Assembly (NCBI GenBank): GCA_963821845.1
Contig: CAWGFI010000006.1
Coordinates: 513,478 to 577,477 of the forward strand
DNA from: an uncultured delta proteobacterium
Lineage (GTDB): Bacteria > Desulfobacterota > Desulfarculia > JACQYL01 > CAWGVV01
Length of the DNA stretch: 64,000 nt
Reading direction: 5' to 3'
A program made the position numbers and the translations under genes. Positions 18,291-27,670 of the stretch are shown one piece after another (position 1 is the first letter of the stretch; each line of letters begins with the position of its first letter). The notes below the pieces were generated by a model. The model did no database searches and was not told the DNA's origin. It saw only the letters and a program-made list of their open reading frames with translations.

Positions 18291-19139
18291 GTGCCGCTCC
18301 TGGGAGCCCACATGTCGGTGGCGGGGGGATTGGACCTCGCATTTGAACGGATAGCCCGCGTAAAAGGGCAGGCGCTGCAAATTTTTACCCGCAACCAGCG
18401 GCAATGGCGGTCGCCGGAATTGACCGATAAGGCAGTGGAGCTTTTCCGGGCCGCGTGGAAGGAAAACGGCCGCATGCCCGTGGCCGCGCACGCGTCCTAC
18501 CTGGTCAACCTGGCCACGTCGGACAGCGAGTTGGCGGAAAAATCGGTTCAAACCGTGGCCGACGAGCTGGTTCGAGCGGAACGGCTGGGCGCACATTTTC
18601 TGGTTCTGCATCCGGGCTCGTACGGCGACGGCAATCTCCTAGAGGGGATGGACCGGTTCGCGCGTAACCTGGACCGCGCCGTGGCGCTGTCGGGTTCAAA
18701 TAACGTGATGACGCTGCTGGAAAACACGGCCGGCCAGGGGTCCGGTCTGGGCTGGCGGTTTGAACAGCTGGCCTATATCCTGTCCAATTCCGGCTACTCG
18801 CGTCGGCTAGGCGTCTGCTTCGATACCTGCCACGCCTTCGCCGCCGGGTATAATATCGGCTCCCCCGACGAATATCTGCGAACCTTTGAACAATTCGACA
18901 GCTTCATCGGCCTGGACCGCCTCCGTTTTTTCCATGTCAACGATTCCAAACGCGAACTCGGCAGCCATGTGGATCGCCATACTCACATCGGCAAGGGACA
19001 AATCGGCCTGGAAGCCTTCCGCCTGCTGCTCAACGACCCCCGGTTCGCCCGCCATCCCATGACTCTGGAAACGCCCAAGGGAAAAGACCTGGCCGAAGAC
19101 AAGGTCAATCTGAAGACCCTGCGGGGATTGATTGTTTGA
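18291..19139 (+). CDS. nfo: Deoxyribonuclease IV (endonuclease IV)
   Basis: Lies in ORF 18135..19139. I prefer the GTG at 18291 (VPLLGAHMSVAGG...). Metal-site blocks are HASYLVNLA, LVLHPGS, CFDTCHAFAAGY and FHVNDSK...HVDRHTHIG. Confidence 0.9.
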   Translation: MPLLGAHMSVAGGLDLAFERIARVKGQALQIFTRNQRQWRSPELTDKAVELFRAAWKENGRMPVAAHASYLVNLATSDSELAEKSVQTVADELVRAERLGAHFLVLHPGSYGDGNLLEGMDRFARNLDRAVALSGSNNVMTLLENTAGQGSGLGWRFEQLAYILSNSGYSRRLGVCFDTCHAFAAGYNIGSPDEYLRTFEQFDSFIGLDRLRFFHVNDSKRELGSHVDRHTHIGKGQIGLEAFRLLLNDPRFARHPMTLETPKGKDLAEDKVNLKTLRGLIV

Positions 19140-19148
19140 AAATACCTT

Positions 19149-19182
19149 GAGAGGAACCCTTCTTGAAAGAAAGGTTCCTCTC
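19149..19182 (+). terminator. Perfect 10-bp-stem hairpin GAGAGGAACC-n14-GGTTCCTCTC 10 nt after the nfo stop
   Basis: Read directly. There is no strong T-tract, so it could equally be a REP-like element. Confidence 0.45.
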
Positions 19183-19237
19183 AAACTCTCCTCCCAAGAA
19201 CTTTCAATGTTGTGATTGGCGGATGACTAGAAACGTT

Positions 19238-19318
19238 TGTCATTTCTCGCGTAGCGAGAAATCTCCTACAGGGGGCGCGGGGGAAGAAATTCTCCCGCAA
19301 TGTTTTTTTTCTGCCTTT
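19238..19318. repeat. Dispersed repeat of about 80 nt, copy A (tgtcatttctcgcgtagcgagaaatctcct...gggaagaaattc...tttttt)
   Basis: Collinear with 33391..33473. Shared blocks are gcgagaaatctcct, gcgcggg(g)gaagaaatt, ccgc/ctcgc, a T-run and ctttc. Contains the 9-bp stem ATTTCTCGC/GCGAGAAAT. Confidence 0.6.
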
Positions 19319-19358
19319 CTTCAAATTTGTTGACGAAGTATGACTTCAGGTATATGAA

Positions 19359-19376
19359 GGAATGAACGTTCATTCC
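19359..19376. promoter_or_regulatory. 18-bp perfect palindrome GGAATGAACGTTCATTCC; putative TetR operator O1
   Basis: Read directly. Lies 50 bp upstream of the TetR gene at 19426. A near-identical palindrome occurs at 20023..20040. Confidence 0.6.
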
Positions 19377-19425
19377 GCAGGGGAATTCAACGCTCGATTT
19401 CGGTCGAGCCCGAAAACAGGCGAGT

Positions 19426-19983
19426 ATGGATAAACGGGAAGCCATTTTGGACGCGGCGTTGGAACTCTTCGCCGAACGGGGATTTCACGGAACCTCTGTG
19501 GCCTTGATCACCGCGCGGGCTCAGGTGGGCGCCGGGACTATTTACCGGTACTTCAAGGACAAGGAGGCGCTGATCAACGCCTTGTACCGGCATTGGAAAC
19601 AGGCCATGGCCGACGCGGTGCTTATCGGCATTGACCGGAACCTGCCCCCTCGCAGGCTTTTTCATGAGATCTGGCGCCGGTTGATCGGATTCTCTCGAAA
19701 ACATCCTAAGGAGTTAATGTTTCTTGAGTTTCACCATCATTCGCCGTACCTGGATGATGAGAGTCAAAGGCTTGAGAGCCAGCTTAAGTCGGAGTTTCAA
19801 GATTTCTTTGAGACGTGCCGCCGCCAACAGATCACCAAGGAGGTTGCGCCGAAAATCCTGGTGGCATTTGTCACCGGGGCGTTTATCGGCATGGAGAAGG
19901 CTTTCATGGTGGGGGAAATAAAGCCGACGCCGGAAAATGAGGCTTTGGCCGAGGAACTGTGCTGGGAGGCCGTGCGGCGGTGA
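19426..19983 (+). CDS. TetR-family transcriptional regulator
   Basis: 185 aa. HTH block: ILDAALELFAERGFHGTSVALITARAQVGAGTIYRYFKDKEAL. Confidence 0.85.
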   Translation: MDKREAILDAALELFAERGFHGTSVALITARAQVGAGTIYRYFKDKEALINALYRHWKQAMADAVLIGIDRNLPPRRLFHEIWRRLIGFSRKHPKELMFLEFHHHSPYLDDESQRLESQLKSEFQDFFETCRRQQITKEVAPKILVAFVTGAFIGMEKAFMVGEIKPTPENEALAEELCWEAVRR

Positions 19984-20022
19984 GATGATTTCGCGCTATG
20001 GCGAACCTTTTTGCTCTTTAAC

Positions 20023-20040
20023 GGAATGAACATTCATTCC
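20023..20040. promoter_or_regulatory. 18-bp palindrome GGAATGAACATTCATTCC; putative TetR operator O2 in front of iorAB-like genes
   Basis: Read directly. Differs from O1 only at one of the two central positions. Lies 41 bp upstream of the 2Fe-2S subunit start. Confidence 0.6.
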
Positions 20041-20080
20041 TAATGTGTTCTATAGAGATACCATATAAGGAGAACATCCC

Positions 20081-20539
20081 ATGATCAAGCTACGGGTAAA
20101 CGGCCAAACACATGATATCGACGTGGACCCGGATACGCCTCTGCTTTGGGTGCTGCGCGAACAACTGGGGCTCACGGGAACGAAATACAGTTGCGGTATA
20201 GGCGAGTGCGGTTCCTGCACGGTGCATATGGACGGTGAACCGTTTCCTTCGTGCAGCGTTACGGCGGCCGAAGCCGTGGACCGGGAAATCACCACCATCG
20301 AAGGGTTGAAAGGCCGGACGGCGACTGTACTGTTCAAATCCTGGGCGGAAGTGGACGCCCCGCAATGCGGGTATTGTCAGCCGGGGCAGATCATGAACGC
20401 GGCGGCGCTGCTCGAGATCAATCCCAAGCCCACGCGGGAAGAAATCGACCAGGCCATGAGCGCCGTGCTCTGCCGGTGTGGGACCTACCCGGATGTCCGG
20501 CGGGCCGTACAAAAAGCGGCGGAGGAGCTGGAGTCATGA
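20081..20539 (+). CDS. (2Fe-2S)-binding small subunit of a molybdenum hydroxylase (IorA / aldehyde oxidoreductase small subunit-like)
   Basis: 152 aa. Contains CGIGECGSCTV and GYCQPGQIM...CRCGTY, the two [2Fe-2S] motifs. RBS is AAGGAGA. Confidence 0.85.
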   Translation: MIKLRVNGQTHDIDVDPDTPLLWVLREQLGLTGTKYSCGIGECGSCTVHMDGEPFPSCSVTAAEAVDREITTIEGLKGRTATVLFKSWAEVDAPQCGYCQPGQIMNAAALLEINPKPTREEIDQAMSAVLCRCGTYPDVRRAVQKAAEELES

Positions 20540-22770
20540 AAGATACAACCACGGAACTGAGCCGCCGGAGTTTTATCAAGGTCAGTCTGGTCGGCGGAGC
20601 GGGTCTTATGGTCGCGGTTCATGCGCCCGCTACGACCGCCACGGCGGCCCCGATCACGGTCGCCGACAACAGCGGAAAACTCGTTCCCAACGCCTGGATC
20701 AGGATCGCTCCCGACGACACCATCACGGTCATGGTCAAGCACACGGAACTGGGCCAGGGAACCACCACCGCGTCCTGCATGATCGTGGCCGAGGAACTCG
20801 ACGCCGATTGGTCAAAAATGCGCGCCGAAATCGCGCCGGTGGCGGCGGTGTACAAAAACCCGGATTTCGGGGTGCAGGCCACGGGCGGCAGCACGGGCGT
20901 GAAGACTTCCTGGGATTTGCTGCGCCACGCCGGAGCCGCCACGCGGGAACTGTTGATTATGGCCGCCGCCGAAATTATGGACAAGCCGGTGTCCGAATTC
21001 AGCGCCGAAAACAGCGTGGTGACCCATACGCCCAGCGGGAAACGGCTGCGCTACGGGGAACTCCTGGAAAAGGCCGCTACCCTGAAGGCGCCCGAAAAAC
21101 CGCGCCTGAAAAAGCCGGAAGAATTCAAGATCGTCGGACACCCCTACCCGAGATTGGACTCTTTGGACAAGGCCCAGGGTAAGATCAAGTACAGCATGGA
21201 CTTCACCCTGCCCGGAATGCTCACGGCGGCGATGATCCACGCTCCCTATTTCGGCGGCGGTCCCGCGTCGGTTGATGACCGGGAAGCGCGCTCCATGCCC
21301 GGCGTCAAGGACGTGGTGGCCCTGGAATCGGGCGTGGCCGTGGTGGCGCAAACCTATTGGCAGGCGAAAAAAGCCGCGGACGTCCTCAAGATCGAATGGA
21401 AGGGTGGCGCCGCCGATTTGGACAGCGACGCCATCATGAGCGGGTTCGCGCAACGCATCGATGAAAAGGGAAAGCGGGTGCGCAAGGACGGCAAGGTCGA
21501 CCGGGCCATGAAGGATGCGGCCAAGCGCGTGAAGGCGGTATATGAACTGCCGTATCAGGCTCACGCCTGTCCCGAACCAATGAACTGTACGGCTCACGTT
21601 CTTCCCGACCGTTGCGAGGTGTGGGCGCCCACCCAAGGCCAGGAACCGGCCCGCGAAGTGGCGGCTCACGCGGCGGGGCTGCCCCTGGACGCCGTCCAGG
21701 TGCATACGCCCTATGTGGGAGGCGGATTCGGCCGGCGATCCATGCAGGATTATGTGTTCGAGGCGGTTCGGCTTTCCAAAACGGTCAAGGCCCCGGTCAA
21801 GGTGATCTGGTCCCGCGAAGAGGATATGCGCAACGATCATTACCGGCCCGCCTTTTACAATACCATCGAGGCCGGTCTGGACAGCGAGGGCTATCCCGTC
21901 GCCTGGATCCACAAGGCCGTGGGGCAGTCGCAGATGGACCGCCTCCTGGAGATCATGGGTCCTTCCATTCTTCCTCCGTGGATGCCCTCCGCCCTCCGGT
22001 ACCCGCTGGCGAGCGTGATTGTCCCCATCGCCAAGCGGTTCATGGGCGCGAAAGAATCCATGTCCGGTTCGGTGGACATGGCCTATGGGATCGAGAACGT
22101 CCGGATCGAATATGTCCAGGCCGAACTCCCGGTGCCGGTGGGACCCTGGCGGTCGGTGGCGGATTCCCGCAACGCCTTTGTCATCGAGTCATTCATGGAC
22201 GAAATCGCCGTGGAATCAAACAAGGACCCGGTGGAGCTACGGTTGCGGCTGCTGAAAGACGCTCCCAAGCACCGGGCCGTCCTGGAGTTGGCGGCGGAAA
22301 AGGCCGGTTGGGGAAAGAAGCCCGCGGAGGGGATTTACCAGGGCGTGGCGATCCACGCTTTTCATGGGACCCCGGTGGCCATGGTGGCGGAGGTTTCGGT
22401 GGAAAATAACGGCGCGGTCCGTGTCCACCGCATGGTCTGCGCCGTGGACTGCGGCATCGCGGTCAACCCCAAAATGGTCAAGGCCCAGATCGCGGGCGCG
22501 GTCATGTTTGGGCTCTCCGCCACCTTGAAAAGTTCGGTGAGCATCAAGGATGGGCGCGTCCAGCAAAGTAATTTCCATGATTTCCCCATCCTGCGGATGG
22601 ATGAGACGCCCGAGGTGGAGGTGTACATCGTCAAGAGCGAGGAGCCGCCCAACGGGATCGGCGAACCCGGCGTGCCGCCCGTGGCGCCCGCCGTGACCAA
22701 CGCTCTGTTCCGGGCTACCGGGAAGAGAATCCGCAAAATACCCGTGAATCCGGACGACTTGAGGACATAA
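20536..22770 (+). CDS. Molybdopterin-binding large subunit (IorB / membrane-bound aldehyde dehydrogenase-like), Tat-exported
   Basis: Lies in ORF 20251..22770. The true start ATG at 20536 overlaps the iorA-like stop. Twin-arginine signal: LSRRSFIKVSLVGGAGLMVAVHA. Confidence 0.85.
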   Translation: MKDTTTELSRRSFIKVSLVGGAGLMVAVHAPATTATAAPITVADNSGKLVPNAWIRIAPDDTITVMVKHTELGQGTTTASCMIVAEELDADWSKMRAEIAPVAAVYKNPDFGVQATGGSTGVKTSWDLLRHAGAATRELLIMAAAEIMDKPVSEFSAENSVVTHTPSGKRLRYGELLEKAATLKAPEKPRLKKPEEFKIVGHPYPRLDSLDKAQGKIKYSMDFTLPGMLTAAMIHAPYFGGGPASVDDREARSMPGVKDVVALESGVAVVAQTYWQAKKAADVLKIEWKGGAADLDSDAIMSGFAQRIDEKGKRVRKDGKVDRAMKDAAKRVKAVYELPYQAHACPEPMNCTAHVLPDRCEVWAPTQGQEPAREVAAHAAGLPLDAVQVHTPYVGGGFGRRSMQDYVFEAVRLSKTVKAPVKVIWSREEDMRNDHYRPAFYNTIEAGLDSEGYPVAWIHKAVGQSQMDRLLEIMGPSILPPWMPSALRYPLASVIVPIAKRFMGAKESMSGSVDMAYGIENVRIEYVQAELPVPVGPWRSVADSRNAFVIESFMDEIAVESNKDPVELRLRLLKDAPKHRAVLELAAEKAGWGKKPAEGIYQGVAIHAFHGTPVAMVAEVSVENNGAVRVHRMVCAVDCGIAVNPKMVKAQIAGAVMFGLSATLKSSVSIKDGRVQQSNFHDFPILRMDETPEVEVYIVKSEEPPNGIGEPGVPPVAPAVTNALFRATGKRIRKIPVNPDDLRT

Positions 22771-22998
22771 CAGGAAGCATTGGGCGCATGCGTAAAGTGG
22801 CGCCCGGATTGACGTATCCTGGAAAATATGCCGCCAAACATTTCCTTTCTTATCGGCTACTTACGGATGATTCCCCCGGCTTCGCCACCCCCCCTCACTG
22901 AGGGGGGCTTGGGGGAGGCGCCTTTTCGCAGGCGCGGCCGGTCAAGCCGGGCAATGACGAGGCGTCTTCACTTTAGTGGACACGGATTGTCGCCTGCC

Positions 22999-23658
22999 CT
23001 AACCGGCGACTTTTTCCAGGACGATCACCGAACGGGGAATCGACAATTGGGGCAGGGTATAGCGGACGATTTCCCGGACGCGCAGGGAAGGGTCCAGGCC
23101 GCCTAACTCCTCGGTTTCCGCGTGAGGCCCTTTCATGGCCAGGATCACGCCTTGGTCCGCGAGGTGGGGCAGGACCAGGCCGACAACTTCGGAAAGAGGG
23201 CCCACCGCGCGAAAGGCGCCTGCGTCGAAATGGCGCAAGGGAACAGGGGAGGCGGCTTCACCCAGCCGCGTATGGCTGGCGTTCGCTCCCTTAAGCCCCA
23301 GTTCCAGGATGACCTGTTTGAGGAAGTTCACCTTTTTGCGTATGGAATCCACCAGCAGGACCGTCAGGTCGGGTCTGGCCACCTTGAGCGCCAGGCCCGG
23401 AAAACCGGCGCCCGAACCCAGGTCGAGCAGGGTGGCGCGGTCGGGGAGAAACCGCAGCAGAAAGAGCGAATCGGCGAACAGCTTTTCCGCCACGTCCACC
23501 GGGTTGGTCAGGGCGGTGAGGTTGATCTTGGCGTTCCATTCCCGAAGCAGCCGGTAGTAGCGGCCCAGCGCCGCCAGCCGGTCGGGGGGCAGGCTGATAT
23601 CGAGCGCGCTTAGGCTTGTTTCCAGCGCCTGTTCAAATTCAACGTCCATACCGTTCAC
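22999..23658 (-). CDS. rsmG: 16S rRNA (guanine527-N7)-methyltransferase
   Basis: 219 aa. Contains LLDLGSGAGFPGLALKVARPDL and LTVLLVDSIRKKVNFL. Conserved position after mnmE. Confidence 0.9.
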   Translation of the reverse strand: MNGMDVEFEQALETSLSALDISLPPDRLAALGRYYRLLREWNAKINLTALTNPVDVAEKLFADSLFLLRFLPDRATLLDLGSGAGFPGLALKVARPDLTVLLVDSIRKKVNFLKQVILELGLKGANASHTRLGEAASPVPLRHFDAGAFRAVGPLSEVVGLVLPHLADQGVILAMKGPHAETEELGGLDPSLRVREIVRYTLPQLSIPRSVIVLEKVAG

Positions 23659-25043
23659 TTGCCTATGCAGAATTCGCTGAAAATGCGGGACAGAATATCC
23701 TCGCTGGTCACCAGCCCCACCACTTCCCCCAAATCGTCGAGCGCGTCGCGCAGGTCGATGGACAGCCGGTCCAGCAGCATGTCTTCGCGGATGTCGCCAG
23801 CCGCCAGCTCCAGGTGTTGCGCCAGCCGTTCCAGCGCCCGTTTGTGCCGCAAGCGGGTGATCACCGGGCCGCTCAAAACCTCCGAGCCGCCCTTTAACGC
23901 CATTTCGCGCATGGCTTTTTTCAACTCGTCGATTCCGGCGCCGGTGAGGGCCGAAACCGCCAGCAGCGGAACGCCGGGATAGCGTTGGCGCAAAGGTTCC
24001 AACGAAGCGTCCGGCCGGAGGTCGATTTTGTTGGCCGCGGCCATGACGTTTTTATTTTTCAGCAGGCCATGCACGGCGTCGTCCAGTTCGTCCGCGCCCT
24101 CGTTCAGATCCAGCGCCCATAGCGCCAGATCGGCCTGTTCCAGCCGTTCGCGGGTCACCTCCAGGCTGACGCGTTCGATCTCATCCTCGGTTTCCCGGAG
24201 TCCCGCCGTGTCGATCAACCGTATGGGCAGACCGTCCAAAGTGACCTCCGCCTCGATGAAATCGCGGGTAGTTCCGGGGCGCGGCGTGACAATGGCCCTT
24301 TTTTCGCCGAGCAGCCGGTTGAGCAGGCTCGATTTACCCACGTTGGGCTTGCCCACGATGGCGATGGACACGCCTTCGCGATAGAGGCGGCCCGCTTCGA
24401 ATGTGTCCAGCAGGGATTTAATGGACGGCAGCAGGTCCTGTTCGATGAGGTTCAGCGCTTCGGCGGGAGGAATGATGTCCACGTCCTCTTCGGGAAAATC
24501 GATGGCCACTTCCACCTGGGCAAGCAGTCCGGCCACCTTGTCGCGCAGCCGATCGATTTCGCGTTTCAGTGCGCCGCTCAGGAGCCGGTTGGACAGATCC
24601 AGGCCGGCGGCGGAGCGCGAACGGATTACGTCGATGACCGCTTCGGCCTGGGTGAGGTCGATACGGCCGTTCAGGAAAGCTCGTTTGGTGAATTCGCCGG
24701 GTTCGGCCAGGCGGGCGCCCGATCGGAGCGTCAGTTCAAGGATGCGGTTGACGGCGGCGGAGCCCCCATGACATTGGATTTCCAGGACGTCTTCGCGGGT
24801 ATAGGTGGCGGGGGCGCGCATGAAAACCAGCAGGACCTCGTCCACCACCGCGCCGGTTTGCGGGTCGATGACGTGGCCGAGGGTCATGCGGCGGGGTTGA
24901 AGTTTTTCAACCCCGCTTGCGCTACGAAAGAGTCGTTGGGCGATGTCCCCACACAGAGGACCGCTGAGACGTACCACACCGATCGCCGAGTCGCCCACCG
25001 GCGATCCGATGGCGGCTATGGTGTCGGACAGTCGCTCCTCCAT
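23655..25043 (-). CDS. mnmE: tRNA modification GTPase MnmE
   Basis: 462 aa. G-domain blocks GKPNVGKSSLLN and DTAGLR. Ends in the diagnostic C-terminal FCIGK. Confidence 0.95.
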   Translation of the reverse strand: MEERLSDTIAAIGSPVGDSAIGVVRLSGPLCGDIAQRLFRSASGVEKLQPRRMTLGHVIDPQTGAVVDEVLLVFMRAPATYTREDVLEIQCHGGSAAVNRILELTLRSGARLAEPGEFTKRAFLNGRIDLTQAEAVIDVIRSRSAAGLDLSNRLLSGALKREIDRLRDKVAGLLAQVEVAIDFPEEDVDIIPPAEALNLIEQDLLPSIKSLLDTFEAGRLYREGVSIAIVGKPNVGKSSLLNRLLGEKRAIVTPRPGTTRDFIEAEVTLDGLPIRLIDTAGLRETEDEIERVSLEVTRERLEQADLALWALDLNEGADELDDAVHGLLKNKNVMAAANKIDLRPDASLEPLRQRYPGVPLLAVSALTGAGIDELKKAMREMALKGGSEVLSGPVITRLRHKRALERLAQHLELAAGDIREDMLLDRLSIDLRDALDDLGEVVGLVTSEDILSRIFSEFCIGK

Positions 25044-25059
25044 GGTTCACGGGAAGTCC

Positions 25060-25956
25060 CTACGCGTTCGAGTCCGAATTGCGGCGTGACTCGGACGAGG
25101 AGCGTTGCGGAAATATGATGATTTTCTTTAAAACGCCTTCGCCCTTGCTCCGCGTCCGCAAACTCTTGTCGTTTTGCAGCGCCAAGTGCACGATCCTGCG
25201 GTCGGCGGGATTCATGGGGCTGATGGTCACCGGTTTGCCGGATCGTTTCACTTTTTCGCCCAACCGTTTGGCCAGATCTTCCAGGGACTTCCGGTGCCGC
25301 TGGCGGTAGTTCTCCGTATCGACCATGACCTTGATCTTTTTGCTGGACTGCTTGTTCACCACCTTGCTGATGATGTATTGCAGCGCGTCCAGGGTCTTGC
25401 CCTTCTTGCCGATCAGGATGCCGCTGGACTGGCCTTCGATATTGAGCACCACGGCGTTGTCCTTGAGGATCGCCGCCACGTTGGAATTTTCGTCAAGATA
25501 GGTCAATATTTTTTCCAGCGCCGCTTTTCCCGTTTCCATGGCGGCGGTTGTTTCCTCCAGGTCGGCTCCGGCGGGAATCTCTTCTTCCTCGCCCTCTTCG
25601 TCGTCGAAGGCTTCTTCTTCCTCGGCAACCTCTTCCCGCCGAGGTTCTTCCTCCACGGATACTTCCTCGACGGACGCTTCTTCGATGACCGCTTCCTCGG
25701 CGGTTTCCTCGTCCAGTACCCGGTCGAACGATTCTTCCCTGGCCAGCGATTCGGGGAGAGCCTCGGATTTGGGCTCTTCCTTGAGCGTGACGCGCACCTT
25801 GGCCTTTTTACCGCCCACCAGACCGAAGATTCCGGAGGAACCGGTGGTCAGGATCTGTATGTCCAGCTTATCGGGTGAGGCGTTAAAATGCTTGCACGCG
25901 GCCTGTATGGCGTCTTCAGTGGTTTTTCCTTCAAATTCCAGAGTCTCTTTGGACAT
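25060..25956 (-). CDS. jag: Jag/KhpB RNA-binding protein (Jag_N, KH, R3H)
   Basis: 298 aa with an acidic linker. The C-terminal part is KH + R3H (PMNPADRRIVHLALQND). Conserved position after yidC. Confidence 0.85.
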   Translation of the reverse strand: MSKETLEFEGKTTEDAIQAACKHFNASPDKLDIQILTTGSSGIFGLVGGKKAKVRVTLKEEPKSEALPESLAREESFDRVLDEETAEEAVIEEASVEEVSVEEEPRREEVAEEEEAFDDEEGEEEEIPAGADLEETTAAMETGKAALEKILTYLDENSNVAAILKDNAVVLNIEGQSSGILIGKKGKTLDALQYIISKVVNKQSSKKIKVMVDTENYRQRHRKSLEDLAKRLGEKVKRSGKPVTISPMNPADRRIVHLALQNDKSLRTRSKGEGVLKKIIIFPQRSSSESRRNSDSNA

Positions 25957-25979
25957 TCACTCCTCCGATTCGAAAAAGG

Positions 25980-27647
25980 CTATTTGCTCTTGTTAATCAA
26001 GTACTGCTGCCCAATGGAAAGGATGTTATTGGTGAGCCAGTACAGTACCAGACCGGCGGGAAAGTTGATGAACATGAAGGTGAAGACAACGGGCATCATC
26101 AACATGAGTTTCGCCTGGGTGGGGTCGCCGGTCGTGGGAGTCATCTTTTGTTGCATGAACATGCTCGCGCCCATAAGAAGGGTCAACACCGGAAATCCCC
26201 CGGTATAGGGTATCTGGAAACCCACGTTCAAACGGTCGGGCGCTGAAAGGTCGTTGATCCACAGCATGAATGGCGCGTGACGGATGGCTATGGAGTTGGT
26301 CAGAACCCGGTACAGGGCGAAGAATACGGGAATCTGGATAACCATCGGCAGACACCCGCCGAACGGGTTCACCTTGTACGTCTTGTACAGGCCCATCATC
26401 TCCTGATTGAGCTTTTCCTTATTGTCTTTGTATTTTTCCCGCAATTTCGCCATTTGAGGCTGCAACTTCTGCATGGCCTTCATGGATTTGTAGCTTTTTT
26501 GCGTCAGCGGCCAGAAAAGAATTTTTATCAGCACGGTCAGCAGAATAATGGCCACGCCGTAATTGCCCACCAGGCCGTAGATGAAGTTCAGGAACCACAG
26601 CAGCGGCTTGCCGATAACGTCGAACCAGCCGAAATTGATGGCCTTGTCCAGTTCCAACCCCAACGGCCTGAGAATGCCGAGTTTCTTGGGGCCCAGATAG
26701 GATTTGTAATTGATCGAAGCCTTCTGCATGGGATCGAGCTTGAGCGGCGGATTGACCAAGGTGATCTTGGTGACGCCGGGCTGGGGCGCTTCCATGCGCA
26801 GGCTGGTCTGCAACGGTTCCCAGGGGACCAGGGCCTCCAGGAAGTAATTGTCCTGATAACCGAACCAGGTAAACGTGCCGGTTTCGGTTATCTGCTTATC
26901 GATGTCCTTGGCTTCCTTGTGCGTCAGCGACCCGTCCCGGAGCGCCACCATGCCCAGCACGTTGTAATAGCCGGAACCGGTTTCGAACTTGGACCCGAAC
27001 AGGCTGAGCTGGAGATTGTCGTCGAAAGCCTCTTGCGTGCGGTTTTCCACCGTTACGGTCAGATCGAAGACATAGCTCCCGGAATGGAAGGTGTAGGTCT
27101 TGATAAAGACCACGCCGCCGGGGGAGGTCCAGGTGAATTTGACCGCCGCCGTGTCGTTGGCGCCGGTGAGATTGATATGGAACGTATCCGCCTCGTACAC
27201 GGCCCGATCCAATCCGGGAACGGAATTGCGGTACAGGGAAAGTTCTATGTTCGGCTGATGTTCGTTGTTCAGATCCAGGGGCGGCGATCCCGCCTGCACG
27301 CTCTGGCGATAATTTGTCAGTTCGAAACTTCGGAGCGCGGCCAGATTTTCGCTGAACACGGCCCGGTACAGATCGGTTTCCACCACCACGTCGCGGGAAG
27401 CTTTTTTGACGACCGCCGCCGTTTCGGGCGTCGTGGTCGATACGGCTTCTTCTTTAATGGCCGCCGGCGCGGCGGTCTGGGCGGTCTGGGCGGTCTGTTG
27501 TTCGACCTGGCCTTTCTGTTCGGCCTGATCCTGTAGCGCGGCCTGTTCCTGGGGGACGGGTTGCTTCGGGTTCGGCGAGAAGAACAAGCTCCAGGAAATT
27601 AGAACCACCATCGACAGAACAATTGCAATAAGAGCATTCCTATCCAT
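25980..27647 (-). CDS. yidC: Membrane protein insertase YidC
   Basis: 555 aa. Blocks are GWFDVIGKPLLWFL, NYGVAIILLTVLIKILFWPLT and NPFGGCLPMVIQIPVFFALY. Confidence 0.95.
   Translation of the reverse strand: MDRNALIAIVLSMVVLISWSLFFSPNPKQPVPQEQAALQDQAEQKGQVEQQTAQTAQTAAPAAIKEEAVSTTTPETAAVVKKASRDVVVETDLYRAVFSENLAALRSFELTNYRQSVQAGSPPLDLNNEHQPNIELSLYRNSVPGLDRAVYEADTFHINLTGANDTAAVKFTWTSPGGVVFIKTYTFHSGSYVFDLTVTVENRTQEAFDDNLQLSLFGSKFETGSGYYNVLGMVALRDGSLTHKEAKDIDKQITETGTFTWFGYQDNYFLEALVPWEPLQTSLRMEAPQPGVTKITLVNPPLKLDPMQKASINYKSYLGPKKLGILRPLGLELDKAINFGWFDVIGKPLLWFLNFIYGLVGNYGVAIILLTVLIKILFWPLTQKSYKSMKAMQKLQPQMAKLREKYKDNKEKLNQEMMGLYKTYKVNPFGGCLPMVIQIPVFFALYRVLTNSIAIRHAPFMLWINDLSAPDRLNVGFQIPYTGGFPVLTLLMGASMFMQQKMTPTTGDPTQAKLMLMMPVVFTFMFINFPAGLVLYWLTNNILSIGQQYLINKSK
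27471..27497. repeat. In-frame 9-bp x3 tandem repeat (ggcggtctg) inside yidC, encoding QTAQTAQTA
   Basis: Read directly. Lies in the low-complexity periplasmic N-terminal linker of YidC. Confidence 0.8.
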
Positions 27648-27670
27648 TCAAGAACTCCTGACCACTTTGA

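Noticed and set aside
22880-22930. GC-rich quasi-palindrome CCCCCCTCA-c-TGAGGGGGG between iorB-like and rsmG
   Set aside because: A 1-nt loop cannot form. It is probably just part of the low-complexity convergent intergenic spacer. No T-tract follows it.
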